Notes: generated by a model from the letters alone, not told the origin. A stretch of DNA of 64,000 nt from Blastocatellia bacterium (GCA_963765495.1 CAVXWP010000008.1:160001-224000); one strand, 5' to 3'. Numbered from the stretch's first letter, positions 50,301-58,952 are shown. Made by a program: numbers and translations.

Positions 50301-53300
50301 GGAAATGTAAACGCTCGCTTCACCGTGACGCTCTTGCCCGCCTCAAACGATACTGTGACGGTCAATTTCACTACCGCCGACGGCACGGCTGCATCTGGAA
50401 GCGACTATGGTTCGCAATCCGGGACACTGATCTTTCAGCCGAATGATACGAGCAAAACAATTTTCGTTCCGGTTAACGGCGATACGATTGTTGAGCCGGA
50501 TGAGAATTTCTTCGTCGATCTGTCGGGCGAGATGAACGCGATTCTAAAAGACGATCAGGGGGAAGGCGTGATCATCAACGATGACGGCGGCCCCATTGTG
50601 AGCACTACCATCTTTACTCCGCCGAACATCTCAAACAATCTGGGGACGGACTTTGAGGTAGCAATTGTCGAAAGCACGGGGCTCGCCTATGTAGGAGCGC
50701 CCGGCGCATACGGTTCTGAGATAGGTGTCATTCATCCGACTTCAAATGCGGTTCTGACCGTGATTCCCATCTCTTCACCAAATAGCTTCCGCTACTCGCG
50801 CGTCAATCAGGTTACGGGGCTGGTGTACTTCAGCGGCGGAGGGCAGAACCAGAACAACATAGTCGTGATAGACGGGCGGCCTTCAAGCGCGACCTTCAAC
50901 AAGGAGCTTTCTCCGCTCATCTTTCCATCCGAGGTCCAGTCATTTGCAATAGACGAGGTTCACGCCCGGCTCTATGTTACAAGCGTCAATCTTCAGGTCC
51001 AGCCGTTTCAATCGCGAGTCACGATAATTGATGCCAATCCGGCAAGCGCGACCTTCCATCAGCCTCTCGGTGAAGTGCTGTTCCCTGTTGGCGCGCGCGT
51101 GCGCGGGGTCGCGGTCAATAGTCTTACCAACAAAGTCTATCTTGCTGTGACAAACACTTCGCCGGGCGTTTACGTCATGGACGGAACGGGCAGCGGCCTG
51201 ACCGTAATCGCAGGCAGCACCCCGACCTTCGGCGTAGAAGTCAACGAAAGCTCGAACCTCGTCTACGCGACGGCTGTCGGCAATAACCTCAACGCCATTG
51301 ACGGAGCGACCAACACATTACTTGCAAACATCCCGATGCCTGCGCTGATCACAGGAACCCGCTCGTTCGACGAGAAGATAGCCATCCACATCGGGACGGG
51401 AAGGGTCTATGTGCAGAGTCAGGATATAGTCTCAACCGGCAAGGTCGTGGTAGTTGACGGCGACCGCGCAAGTCCCAACTTCAACACGGTCGTTGCGACG
51501 ATTGATGTGGGCAGGGCAATAAACGCGGGCGACATTCTTGTGGACGAAGCCTTGAACAGGGTTGTCTCCACAAGCTTTATAGATTTCAAGACCTCGATTA
51601 TAGACGCAACGACCAACACGGTGGTTTCGAGCATCCCTTCCACGCAAGCGCCGTCCGGGGCGGCTCTGAATCGGATCACACACCGCCTGTTCATAGCCAA
51701 TCAACCAAACTTCGTGCAGAAGGTAGACCTCAATACCGCAGCACTTGAAGCGACGGTTGTGACCGCAGCCGCAGCCGAGATAGGGGCGGTCAATCCCAAT
51801 ACGCATCTCTACTATGTTGGGCGCACGACCGATACGGCAACCGTGCAGGTATTTGATAAGAGCGGCGAAGTCGGAGGAGTCGCGGGGCTTCCTCACGGCG
51901 CGGGTGAGTATGCATTTGCGGTTTGCAATGCGTACACGAATCGGATTTATGTCTTGAACAACCTGTCGAATTTAGATGGGAATGGTTTTACTTATCCGTC
52001 GTTTGTTTCTGTCATTGACGGCACTACGAGCGGGGTGATTGCCAACGTAAATGCAGGCAATCAACCGAGAGGGATGGCCATCAATCAAGCCACTAACAAG
52101 ATCTATGTGACCAATGCCCCGACATTCCAGGGGAATCAGGAAATCCCCGGAGGCATTACCGTAATAGATGGGGCCACCAACACGGCGACCTCTGCCGACC
52201 TGAGCGCATTTCCCGGCGCGTTCTCGATTGAAGAGATAGCCGTCAACGAGGCTACGAACAAAGCTTACGTGCAGATATTGTACGATGATGAAAACATCAC
52301 GCTTGGAGTGCTCGACGGCGCAACCAATATCGTTACCCCTCTAAATGTAGGAGCAGGCGAGGTCGTGGCGATAAGGGTAAACAAAGCCCTCAACCGCATC
52401 TATCTTGTCGGGTTTGACGGTACGATGCACATTCTGGACGGAGCGACTGACACCGAGATTGCCACGCTGAATGTTACTTCGGGGAGCGTGCCGAGGGATG
52501 TGGTTATAAGCGAAGCCACAGGCCGGGTCTTTGTAGCCGATTTCGACAGCGATGCATTGACAGTTATCAACGGCGCTACAAACTCGATCATAACCACGCT
52601 CACGGTGGGCGATGGCCCCGTGGCGATTGCGGTGGATGAACTGACCAACCGCGTCTATGTGAGCAGCGTAAATGACAAAGCCCTCTTCTGCATCAACGGA
52701 GATACCCTGACGGTCGAGTCCACGCTGTCGCTACCGCTTCGGGCAGCACATCTGACTGTTGATTCTCAAGATGGCCGCCTCTACGCATCTACTCTAAACG
52801 GGGCCGAGTTGAGCGGAGTTGTCATCGTTGATATTTGCTCTTACACGATCTCTCCGGCGAGCCTTGCCTTCTCGAAAAAAGGCGGGAGCGGCGCGGTATC
52901 AGTGTCGGCTCAGGCAGGTTGCACCTGGACGGTCAGCGGTAATCCTGACTGGATAACAATCACTTCTCCAGTCCCCGGCAGCGGCAACGGCATCCTCACT
53001 TATGTGGTCAGAGGAAATCTGAGCGGACCTCCTCGCGCAGCCACATTGATCATTGCCGGACAACCTCACACGATAGTGCAGGACGGCAAAACGGAACCCG
53101 GTTGTACCTATTCATTCTCTCCATCGGGCGCGACGTTTTCAGCAAGTGGAGGGGCGGGCAGCATAAATGTGGCGACCGGAACAGGATGTAGCTGGTCGGC
53201 TGTCAGCCTTGATTCGTGGATCACGATCACATCCGGGCCGACAGGCTCGGGCGACGGCACGGTCAATTACGCCGTTGATGCGAACACTGCGGGAGGATCG

Positions 53301-53354
53301 CGCAAGGGCCAGATCATCATTAACGGGAAGGCCTTCAAGGTCAAGCAAAAGTAG
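44388..53354 (+). CDS. giant secreted/surface modular protein (beta-helix with PA14-like insert, 7 FG-GAP, FN3-like, 4 Calx-beta, TSPDG-x2-WT repeats, YVTN-type propellers, 2 BACON-like)
   Basis: ggagg RBS then MRNRF signal peptide; repeat motifs read from translation. Confidence 0.88.
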   Translation: MRNRFVVFVSLLGLSLVITSSIETIRDLASASTSREPSPSGEHVQGTSTTATSGGGSGKRILTVTLNVSNTDDSGPGSLRDAIDQANSDGVFSVITFDPLLAGQSIQLQSPLPALSEGGTTIDGDVNDDCIPDIELNGQLVNDSAIKLLSNDNLICGLIINRFGRAGVMISGGHNNQLECNYIGTDATATQNLGNRGGIGIGNGSSDNQAGPGNIIAFNLGTGVEIADGANFAYPTFTGLTPDYTGMFPAISFPATGGAFRSTDGITPIDGNGHPFADEFGARFTGTLNVGATGSYTFAVSVDDQARLLVDGSLVASFNIPTETQVTVGLSIGDHTIELDYFDGPGIARLSLAITGPGSVGLTNGGNPGLFGEFFQLRIPSERNRITQNSIFQNESLGINLDALEDETGVNPNDPGDDDIGPNTALNFPEINFVTDNGDGTFTLNGTAPPSSTVEIFATTDDDPSHHGEGKSYLTTVTANVGGGNFSVTVTAPPGFTAVTATATDADGNTSEFSRNKTLAQSRWNPTFIFSNLPDISGPTGYVAGDLDGDGDLDLIAAGHGNNSPCRLLVLKQNAAGNYDGISQEPMGTDEGLCNGREALALGDVDADGDLDFVAQGIDNSSTPRLILFLNDGSGTFMQQPDIFGPGLFQGTVAFGDVDNDGDLDLAATGQDSGGTERFLIFNNNGTGAFTLTQEPRGAGNGYFHGSSLVFGDLDNDGDLDIVVSGGGNNGKSLHTYKNNAGQFNLDQQLIVETEGLNNSLLRLADLDKDGDLDLIAAGNNYDGVSERARLVTFQNQGQSFSTGFTPLQGLPITGGWAGLAVGDCNGDGFPDVFANGHDGFNFRLFYFEGQPGGLVEADQPEVTFVGPVIFGDFDGDNDLDMVGLPVRFLYTNLLGPANSAPGTPSGLFASVEGSSASLTWASAFDAESGSPSLSYELRLGTAPGQYDVISGVYGAPLMGTYPLGRLAPMQPGRRLSLGAGTYYWQVRAIDTGLRAGDWSAESSFALQPSITINDVTVIEGDAGTVQADFIVTLLNPAGTATVDYSTTNGTATAGSDYTAAAGTLTLSAATPAQTVSITVNGDTTGEANERFFVNLSNPSGAIISDSQGQCIINNDDPAPAISINDAAAPEGNSGTRNLLFTMSMSGATHQDVTVDYNLVDQSATAGSDYVADSGTIRLFAGETTHTLAVTINGDISVEGDETFRVDLSNATNAALADAQGTGTIIDDEGVTEPSLATTWNLAQEGMTDSFGAATDGSVYVLGGSFGGIWTSPDGINWTKRINPDTTSKPIRAVTYGGGQFVAVGPGPVADGGSLVLTSPDGIDWTRRSTAPLNRSLFGVAYGNELYVATSGGVVLTSPDAITWTQRQTGANQRLNAITFGGGQFVAVGNSRTVVTSPDGINWTVRGGIPTGVVAMLNSVTHDGSRFIVVSSDPSNAPDSGAGIITSPDGINWTQQSVPVNQPLQGVTAANGLIVAVGNAGMSGSTILTSTDGINWTSRAIADPGAGVARSFRAVTYGPAGFLTADGRGNIFTSPDGTTAWVSRTLPTSRNFFGVAQNGNVYCAVGGNGVAATSPDGVTWTQQITPDSAAYYFWWSVTYGNGLFVASGISDSIMTSPDGISWTVRNPTTPLIPFGNQTSNLTDITYANGMFVAVGEAYISPGQTIAHFITSPDGITWTTHDPGITAGGSIGFSWISVTYGNGKYVATLTDGLTGEFYVLTSTDAQNWTRQPSPLFDPFEAFVDVVYTGGQFVAVGDRIWTSPDGINWTLRLDYINAFFNSVANGGGRLIAVGAQGTIYGSADGVNWSAQTGATVSTQNAVTASLSGDQFVSVGQSAIEYAGFSVPAVSINDITVAEGDSGISNATFTLTLSSASNQAVTVDYSTADGTATAGSDYVASAGQITFAPNQTAQTLSITINGDTVSEPLETFFVNLTGAANALIADSQGTCTIVNDDATPSLSISDATILEGNSGNVNARFTVTLLPASNDTVTVNFTTADGTAASGSDYGSQSGTLIFQPNDTSKTIFVPVNGDTIVEPDENFFVDLSGEMNAILKDDQGEGVIINDDGGPIVSTTIFTPPNISNNLGTDFEVAIVESTGLAYVGAPGAYGSEIGVIHPTSNAVLTVIPISSPNSFRYSRVNQVTGLVYFSGGGQNQNNIVVIDGRPSSATFNKELSPLIFPSEVQSFAIDEVHARLYVTSVNLQVQPFQSRVTIIDANPASATFHQPLGEVLFPVGARVRGVAVNSLTNKVYLAVTNTSPGVYVMDGTGSGLTVIAGSTPTFGVEVNESSNLVYATAVGNNLNAIDGATNTLLANIPMPALITGTRSFDEKIAIHIGTGRVYVQSQDIVSTGKVVVVDGDRASPNFNTVVATIDVGRAINAGDILVDEALNRVVSTSFIDFKTSIIDATTNTVVSSIPSTQAPSGAALNRITHRLFIANQPNFVQKVDLNTAALEATVVTAAAAEIGAVNPNTHLYYVGRTTDTATVQVFDKSGEVGGVAGLPHGAGEYAFAVCNAYTNRIYVLNNLSNLDGNGFTYPSFVSVIDGTTSGVIANVNAGNQPRGMAINQATNKIYVTNAPTFQGNQEIPGGITVIDGATNTATSADLSAFPGAFSIEEIAVNEATNKAYVQILYDDENITLGVLDGATNIVTPLNVGAGEVVAIRVNKALNRIYLVGFDGTMHILDGATDTEIATLNVTSGSVPRDVVISEATGRVFVADFDSDALTVINGATNSIITTLTVGDGPVAIAVDELTNRVYVSSVNDKALFCINGDTLTVESTLSLPLRAAHLTVDSQDGRLYASTLNGAELSGVVIVDICSYTISPASLAFSKKGGSGAVSVSAQAGCTWTVSGNPDWITITSPVPGSGNGILTYVVRGNLSGPPRAATLIIAGQPHTIVQDGKTEPGCTYSFSPSGATFSASGGAGSINVATGTGCSWSAVSLDSWITITSGPTGSGDGTVNYAVDANTAGGSRKGQIIINGKAFKVKQK

Positions 53355-53363
53355 TGAACAATG

Positions 53364-53447
53364 AGGGCCGTTGCAAAGATAAAGGGGCAGGCCGCCCCGG
53401 ATCGCGTTTTGCGCGATGAGAATCACTGGTTACTTTGCAACGGCCCT
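53364..53447. repeat. 84-bp element with 15-bp perfect terminal inverted repeats (MITE-like or bidirectional terminator)
   Basis: agggccgttgcaaag / ctttgcaacggccct between convergent genes. Confidence 0.65.
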
Positions 53448-53468
53448 GATTGATTAGTATCGGTCAGA

Positions 53469-54551
53469 TCAGGCATTCGAAGTGTCTGGCGCGGCATCTC
53501 GGCGCAAGGCGCTGGCCAGGCGTTCGGATGTGGTGGTCAAAGTCTTTGGCACCTTGACCGGAAATAAGCGGGCAACCAGAGCCTCTTTCTTATTTTTCAG
53601 GTAAGCCGCTTCCTGAAGCATGCGCCCGCTTTCGGCGAGATTCTCCTTGATGAAATTGCGGCGTGTGACTATGCCCAGGATCTCTTCCTCGATTGATTCC
53701 AGGTCGTGCCAGTCGCCGATCTTATCCTGTAGAGTCCGCAAATAGCCAAGCCCGCGCGATGCGTCGCCGTAGCCCATCTGTGAGACTATCTCAAGGATAT
53801 ATCGTACCCGCTTGGCAGCGATGCGAAGCTGATGAAGGTCGGCCGGGTCGGTAGAAGGATGTGACTGGGCGGCAAGCGACAGAAATTCGCTCAACCTCTG
53901 TTCAAGTCGCTCTGCCGTGTGAAGCGCGATCTTTTTCTTATCGACCCCAAGTATGGCGTATTGACTTGCGCCCGGGTGGGAAGTCTCTTCCGATACGGGG
54001 TTGTCGCCATTTGTAGGGATAGGATCGGCAAGGCCCAGACCCAGTTTTGTAGCAATTCCGGTTATATTTATCTGGGTCAGTTTTAAGGTGGCCTTTCGTG
54101 CGCGTCGCTCGCGCCGCTCTCTGAGTATGGATTTAAGCAGTTTGAATCTTTCGGTTTTGACGGGCCGCCGCGATGAGGAATCGTTATCGAGAACTATCAG
54201 AAACACATCATAGTTGCGAACGACTGAGAGCACCTGTCGCCATTTTCTCAGCCTCTTTTTTATCTTTTTGACGTCCAGTTCATCATCTTTGAACTGCAAC
54301 AGATCGAGCGAAGCCTGGAGCCGTCTGGTTGTGACGCGCATCTTGTGGATGGCATCGACATCTGCGTTTTCAAGCACCGCGCGATGATATTCCTGCAAAG
54401 CCTTCAACTGAGCAACTATGATTTCGCCTAATGTATCAGGCTGGTTACTATTTGAATTTTCCGGAGATGTATCTGTCTGAGAGTTGGCTACCATTTCGCT
54501 TTCAAGCACCATTGCCTGATCTCTCTTCTTGCTTGAGGAACGGGCAATCAA
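53469..54551 (-). CDS. CHAD domain protein
   Basis: IHKMRVTTRRLQA, VRNYDV, LHQLRIAAKRVRY, LQDKIGDWHD. Confidence 0.9.
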   Translation of the reverse strand: MIARSSSKKRDQAMVLESEMVANSQTDTSPENSNSNQPDTLGEIIVAQLKALQEYHRAVLENADVDAIHKMRVTTRRLQASLDLLQFKDDELDVKKIKKRLRKWRQVLSVVRNYDVFLIVLDNDSSSRRPVKTERFKLLKSILRERRERRARKATLKLTQINITGIATKLGLGLADPIPTNGDNPVSEETSHPGASQYAILGVDKKKIALHTAERLEQRLSEFLSLAAQSHPSTDPADLHQLRIAAKRVRYILEIVSQMGYGDASRGLGYLRTLQDKIGDWHDLESIEEEILGIVTRRNFIKENLAESGRMLQEAAYLKNKKEALVARLFPVKVPKTLTTTSERLASALRRDAAPDTSNA

Positions 54552-55030
54552 AGTCTAACGAAGTCCAATACTTATATCCCGGCGCTTGACGGCATGTAAG
54601 AGACGACCAGAAGGCAAGACGAATCGCCTCAAACTGGCTAACACGTAAACGCGGGCTTGATGAAGCACAAAGCTTACTACTACGGTTATCTCAACACAAG
54701 TCACCGGTGATAAGCCCGATAGATCGGGCTTATCTCTTGGGCAATTAGTCCAGCCCTTTATCCGGCCTTAGACTCATAGAACTCCCTGGCTAAAGACTTC
54801 ATGAGAAGAACACTAAATCGCCCTTAAGATAGCTCGCCTTTCAACCAGTTCTAAGAGGAGTGGACTATCTGCCCAAAGGACAGGTCGCCTTCAGACGGCT
54901 GCGGTTTTGTTTATTTCAAACCATGCTTTTTTTGCTGCAAAACATCAGGCCCATTCGCCTTTTATTCGAATTCATCGCTGCTGTCTGTGCTGGATGCGGA
55001 GAGGTAAAACCCGATAAGTCCTGAAAACAG

Positions 55031-55471
55031 CTATTTATCGTTTTTCTCTTCTTGCCTCACCTGTCTCAAGCTGTCTTTATATTCACCGAGCGCGGTCAAA
55101 TAGGTGTAGGTCCAGCTAAAGGCTATATCTACGGCGCGGCGGGCAGTTTTATGGGCCGCTCTTATGCCTGCCGGTCCTTGCTGGACGGCGGCAATTATCG
55201 CCTGCATTATTTTCTGATATTGCCTGTCCCGGCTTTCTCTGGCTATGCGTTTGATGAGTATCAAATTCGACTCGGTAATCTTGCCTTCAATCGGCAAAAC
55301 GGTCGCATCGGCGACTACCTGCATTCGCGCCGCCACAGGAGTAATTTGATCGATGGATAGTTTTTCGATCAATTTGCGGATTTCCTTTTCAGCCGCCACG
55401 TATCCTTCGGGATAAGGTTTGGGATTCGTTGCAGTATTTTCTCCAACACTCCTTTTTTCTGATATACTCAT
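55031..55471 (-). CDS. hypothetical protein
   Basis: 146-aa helical ORF with ggag RBS. Confidence 0.6.
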   Translation of the reverse strand: MSISEKRSVGENTATNPKPYPEGYVAAEKEIRKLIEKLSIDQITPVAARMQVVADATVLPIEGKITESNLILIKRIARESRDRQYQKIMQAIIAAVQQGPAGIRAAHKTARRAVDIAFSWTYTYLTALGEYKDSLRQVRQEEKNDK

Positions 55472-55612
55472 AGCCGTTCTCCGGCATACAGGCGTGTTTA
55501 AGGCACACCAATCCTGATCACACGCAAGTATGCAGTTGAGCAGAGTGGGCCGTTATCGCCAAATGGCGGCCCACTTCCTTTAGATATAGGTTTTGAAGGT
55601 TTACCGGCTTAA

Positions 55613-56633
55613 TCAGGCTTGCGAAGGAGGGGCGCGCGGTCTGATTTGATGGCGCACCCGACACAGGATGCGCCAATTTATTTCACCAGTTGCGATTACC
55701 CGGGAGAGGGTAATCGTTAAAGCGGATGTTTGAAGATAAGTTTGATCGGGCGCGGGCCATTGAAATGCCAGCACCGCCACCGGCTTCGATCTGGGCAGTG
55801 GTTGAGGCCGTGGCGAGGGCGCTGCTTCAGGAGCGCAATTGAGCGCGACAAATGAGGGTGAAGCGTCACGCTGTTTTTCAGCTATTTCTTCGCGAGTGGC
55901 GGACCATTCGGGATAAGCGGCGGCATAGGGCGAATTCAGAGCAACAGCAATTGCCGCCTGCGCTTCGGCCAATCGGCCAATTTCGGAGAGTTCAACCGCC
56001 AATTCGTTATGGTAAACATAGAAATAGAGCGGGTTTTGCCTGGCTACGATTTGTACGAGGGGCGAGAGGTCTTGCAAATACTCCAGGGCTTTCTGGTGAT
56101 TACCTATGTCGCTTTGAATACGCGATATTTCGGAGCGAGCCGTGAGCAAGGTTTGTAGGTCGCTGACTTTTTTATCACGGGCTGCCCGCAAAGCTTCAAG
56201 ATGAAACCTCAAGGCTTCATCAATCTGCCCTGTATTGTGATACATCACGCCAAGCGATTGAATCGCCCGCGCTCTATAGGCAAGTGGCGCATTATCCGCG
56301 ACAGTCTCAAGCAGGGCCTGCGCTTTATTCTCTCTGTCCGGTTCGTTTGATGGCGAGAGCGTGATAATACAGACCCACCTGCCGCGCCCGGCTAATCGGC
56401 AGGTTCATCAATATCTGGCTTGCTTCCTTAAAAGCCTCTATATCACGCAGGTTGTATGCGTGCTCTGCAAGCCGGATCAAATTGTCGGCTAATTGATTGA
56501 ATAAATGGTATGAGTTGGCAGTTTGAGCCAACCGACTCAAAATGAAATGTTGAAGCAATCCATCCTGACCGGCCATGCTTTCGAGGTCGGCAAATCCCAC
56601 TTTGGAGGAACTATCTGTGAAAAAACGATTCAT
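55613..56633 (-). pseudogene. TPR protein split by a single-base frameshift near 56325-56335
   Basis: Upstream frame ends KRTGQRE*; next frame reads KAQALLETVADNAPLAYRARAIQSLGVMYH into the 211-aa ORF. Confidence 0.72.
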
Positions 56634-56928
56634 TCTTGCGGCTTTTTGCATCCTCGCTATTCCAGCGCTGTTTTCCCCTTCACTAGGAGAAAAACAGATG
56701 CAATCTACTCCGTTCGCTACTGTCGCTCTGGCCGGACGCACCACATTGGGCGACTACTGTAGCTGCGGCACTCCCGGCTGCATTTGCGGCCCTGGCGAAA
56801 ATATGGTTACTAATCCGGGGCCATCTGAAAAAAACAAAGATCAAGCAAGTTTACCCGGCACGGATGCGACATCGGGGGTGATGTCGCTGACACTTGCTAT
56901 TTTAATATGGTTTAGAATGCGATTGTAA
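56617..56928 (+). CDS. small Cys-rich exported protein with C-terminal TM plus basic tail
   Basis: ggagg RBS, GTG start; signal peptide; CSCGTPGCIC; ends LAILIWFRMRL. Confidence 0.7.
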   Translation: MKKRFILAAFCILAIPALFSPSLGEKQMQSTPFATVALAGRTTLGDYCSCGTPGCICGPGENMVTNPGPSEKNKDQASLPGTDATSGVMSLTLAILIWFRMRL

Positions 56929-57066
56929 CCAACAACTCTCCAAACCACTTTGACTAAAGTACGCTAAATCAGCCGCCTGGACAACTCGGGCGGCACATGA
57001 TAAGTGTGGCCTCGTGACCAGCGCATTCTATCACACATTAATAGCAACAAAGCAACAATCTTGTCT

Positions 57067-57113
57067 TTCAAACTACAAAAGATCGTTCCTTTCTCAATCT
57101 TTTGTAGTTTGAA
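57067..57113. repeat. 17-bp perfect inverted repeat (possible terminator)
   Basis: ttcaaactacaaaagat / atcttttgtagtttgaa. Confidence 0.75.
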
Positions 57114-57249
57114 CCTCGCTTTTGTTTGAACAGTACTAAAACGCTCGATTTTTATTTAATCCCACGGGGCGGCTATAATTGAGTCAGGAATATTTCATCT
57201 GAAGCATGTGATATTTCCTTAGCCGCTCTTTTTTGATTATCCGTATAAA

Positions 57250-58857
57250 ATGCACGGCTGGATGAGAGATAGTATGGACATTCTCAAACTCGACATTGAA
57301 CAGACCGAATCATACGCGCTCACCGATAGGGAGAAGCGGTTTCAGGTAGCATTTCTGGCTGCGCTTGCCGCGACTGTTGCCGGATTCATTCTGCGCTTTG
57401 TCTTCGATGCCCCGCTCATGCCTGAGATGCTGGCCCAGTTTATCTTTGCCGTGTCCCCCATCTGGGCCGTCGAGATAGCCGTCGGATTCCTCGGCCCCTT
57501 TGCAAAGCATCTGGCCTTTCTCGCCTGCGTCGTCCTGTACGTGACAGCACTTGCGGCTGTGGCATTTGCTTTCCTTCGCTACTATGGCGGGCAGGGAACA
57601 GCTATGGCTCGGCGTCTGGCTATCGCACTTTTATCAATCATCCTCTGGGTAATAACTATGGCAGTCCTTATTCCATTGTTTGGAGCGGGACTGTTTGGCA
57701 AATATCTGCGCCAGGGGTCCATCTATTCATCAGTCTCGCTCTTGACCGTGTATGCGGTTTACGGGCTTTCGCTTGCGCTCCTGCCAAAGCTTTACCTCGA
57801 GAGCCTTAATCTATCGCGCGACAAAAATACATTTCTGAATCGCCGCAGAGTTATAAGAGGTATAGGCTACGCGGTGCTGCTCGTAGGTGTTTATGACATA
57901 GGCCGCTCGCTTATCGAGACATGGTTTTTGAAGGGATCGGGTAGGGTAAAGCAAGGCGACGGCGTCTTCCCAAATATAAACGGGCTTGCGGTTGAAATTA
58001 CTCCGAACGAGGACTTTTATGTGGTCTCGAAAAACGCCTTCGACCCCGAAGTCGATACCCAGCGCTGGCGACTGGAAGTGACGGGCATGGTCGAGAATTC
58101 CTTCTCGTTGACCTTTGATGAAATCAAGGCGATGCCCTCGGTTGAGCAATATGCCACGCTCGCCTGCATCAGCAATGAAGTCGGCGGAGATTTGATAGGC
58201 AACGCTTTGTGGAAAGGTGTGCGGGTTCGAGACCTGCTGGAACGCGCCGGATTACAACCCGGAGTGGTAGATATAAAGATGCGCGCGCGCGATGATTACA
58301 CCGATTCGATACCGCTCGACCGCGCGCTGGCCGATGGGACTATTCTGGTTTATGAAATGAACGACCAGCCGCTTGCCACCAAGCACGGCTTTCCGCTACG
58401 TCTGATAGTGCCGGGCATCTATGGCATGAAGAATGTAAAGTGGATAACCCGACTCGAAGCCGTCGGGCAGGATTTTAGAGGATACTGGCAAACGCGCGGA
58501 TGGGATGATCGAGCAGAGTACAAAACTATGTCGAGGATAGATGCGCCCGATGACGACGTTCGCTCTCAGGCGATTATTGCAGGCATAGCCTTCGCCGGTG
58601 ATCGTGGAGTCAGCAAAGTCGAAGTATCCACCGACGGCGGCAAAAGCTGGAACGAGGCCGAGTTGAAGCCGCCGCTTTCGCCTTACACTTGGGTGCTGTG
58701 GCATAGAGACTGGACTCCCGAACGCGCAGGCAAATACGCTGTAGTCGTGAGAGCGACCGACGGCCTTGGCAACACACAGACTGCTCAGTATGCGCCTCCT
58801 GCCCCGTCGGGCTCGACCGGCTATGACCGCGAGATAGTGGTGGTACGTGATGCGTGA
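57250..58857 (+). CDS. membrane-anchored sulfite oxidase-family (MsrP/YedY-like) molybdopterin oxidoreductase
   Basis: N-terminal TMs; TLACISNEVGG (Mo-ligating Cys), HGFPLRLIVPGIYGMKNVKW, VEVSTDGG dimer domain. Confidence 0.88.
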   Translation: MHGWMRDSMDILKLDIEQTESYALTDREKRFQVAFLAALAATVAGFILRFVFDAPLMPEMLAQFIFAVSPIWAVEIAVGFLGPFAKHLAFLACVVLYVTALAAVAFAFLRYYGGQGTAMARRLAIALLSIILWVITMAVLIPLFGAGLFGKYLRQGSIYSSVSLLTVYAVYGLSLALLPKLYLESLNLSRDKNTFLNRRRVIRGIGYAVLLVGVYDIGRSLIETWFLKGSGRVKQGDGVFPNINGLAVEITPNEDFYVVSKNAFDPEVDTQRWRLEVTGMVENSFSLTFDEIKAMPSVEQYATLACISNEVGGDLIGNALWKGVRVRDLLERAGLQPGVVDIKMRARDDYTDSIPLDRALADGTILVYEMNDQPLATKHGFPLRLIVPGIYGMKNVKWITRLEAVGQDFRGYWQTRGWDDRAEYKTMSRIDAPDDDVRSQAIIAGIAFAGDRGVSKVEVSTDGGKSWNEAELKPPLSPYTWVLWHRDWTPERAGKYAVVVRATDGLGNTQTAQYAPPAPSGSTGYDREIVVVRDA

Positions 58858-58952
58858 TAGATGATGCGTGATGCGTGATTTATCTGTCTTGCAACTTTTA
58901 TTTCACAGGCAGCCTGGCTGAAAGTCACGCATCACCTATCACGCATCACGCA
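58846..58952. repeat. GATGCGT inverted pair joining two convergent stop codons
   Basis: cgtgatgcgtgatagatgatgcgtga / tcacgcatcacctatcacgcatcacg (26 bp, one mismatch). Confidence 0.9.

Noticed and set aside
54560-55020. Structured RNA upstream of the CHAD gene
   Set aside because: Only one clear hairpin (gataagcccgat/atcgggcttatc, about 54709-54734), adequately explained as a terminator
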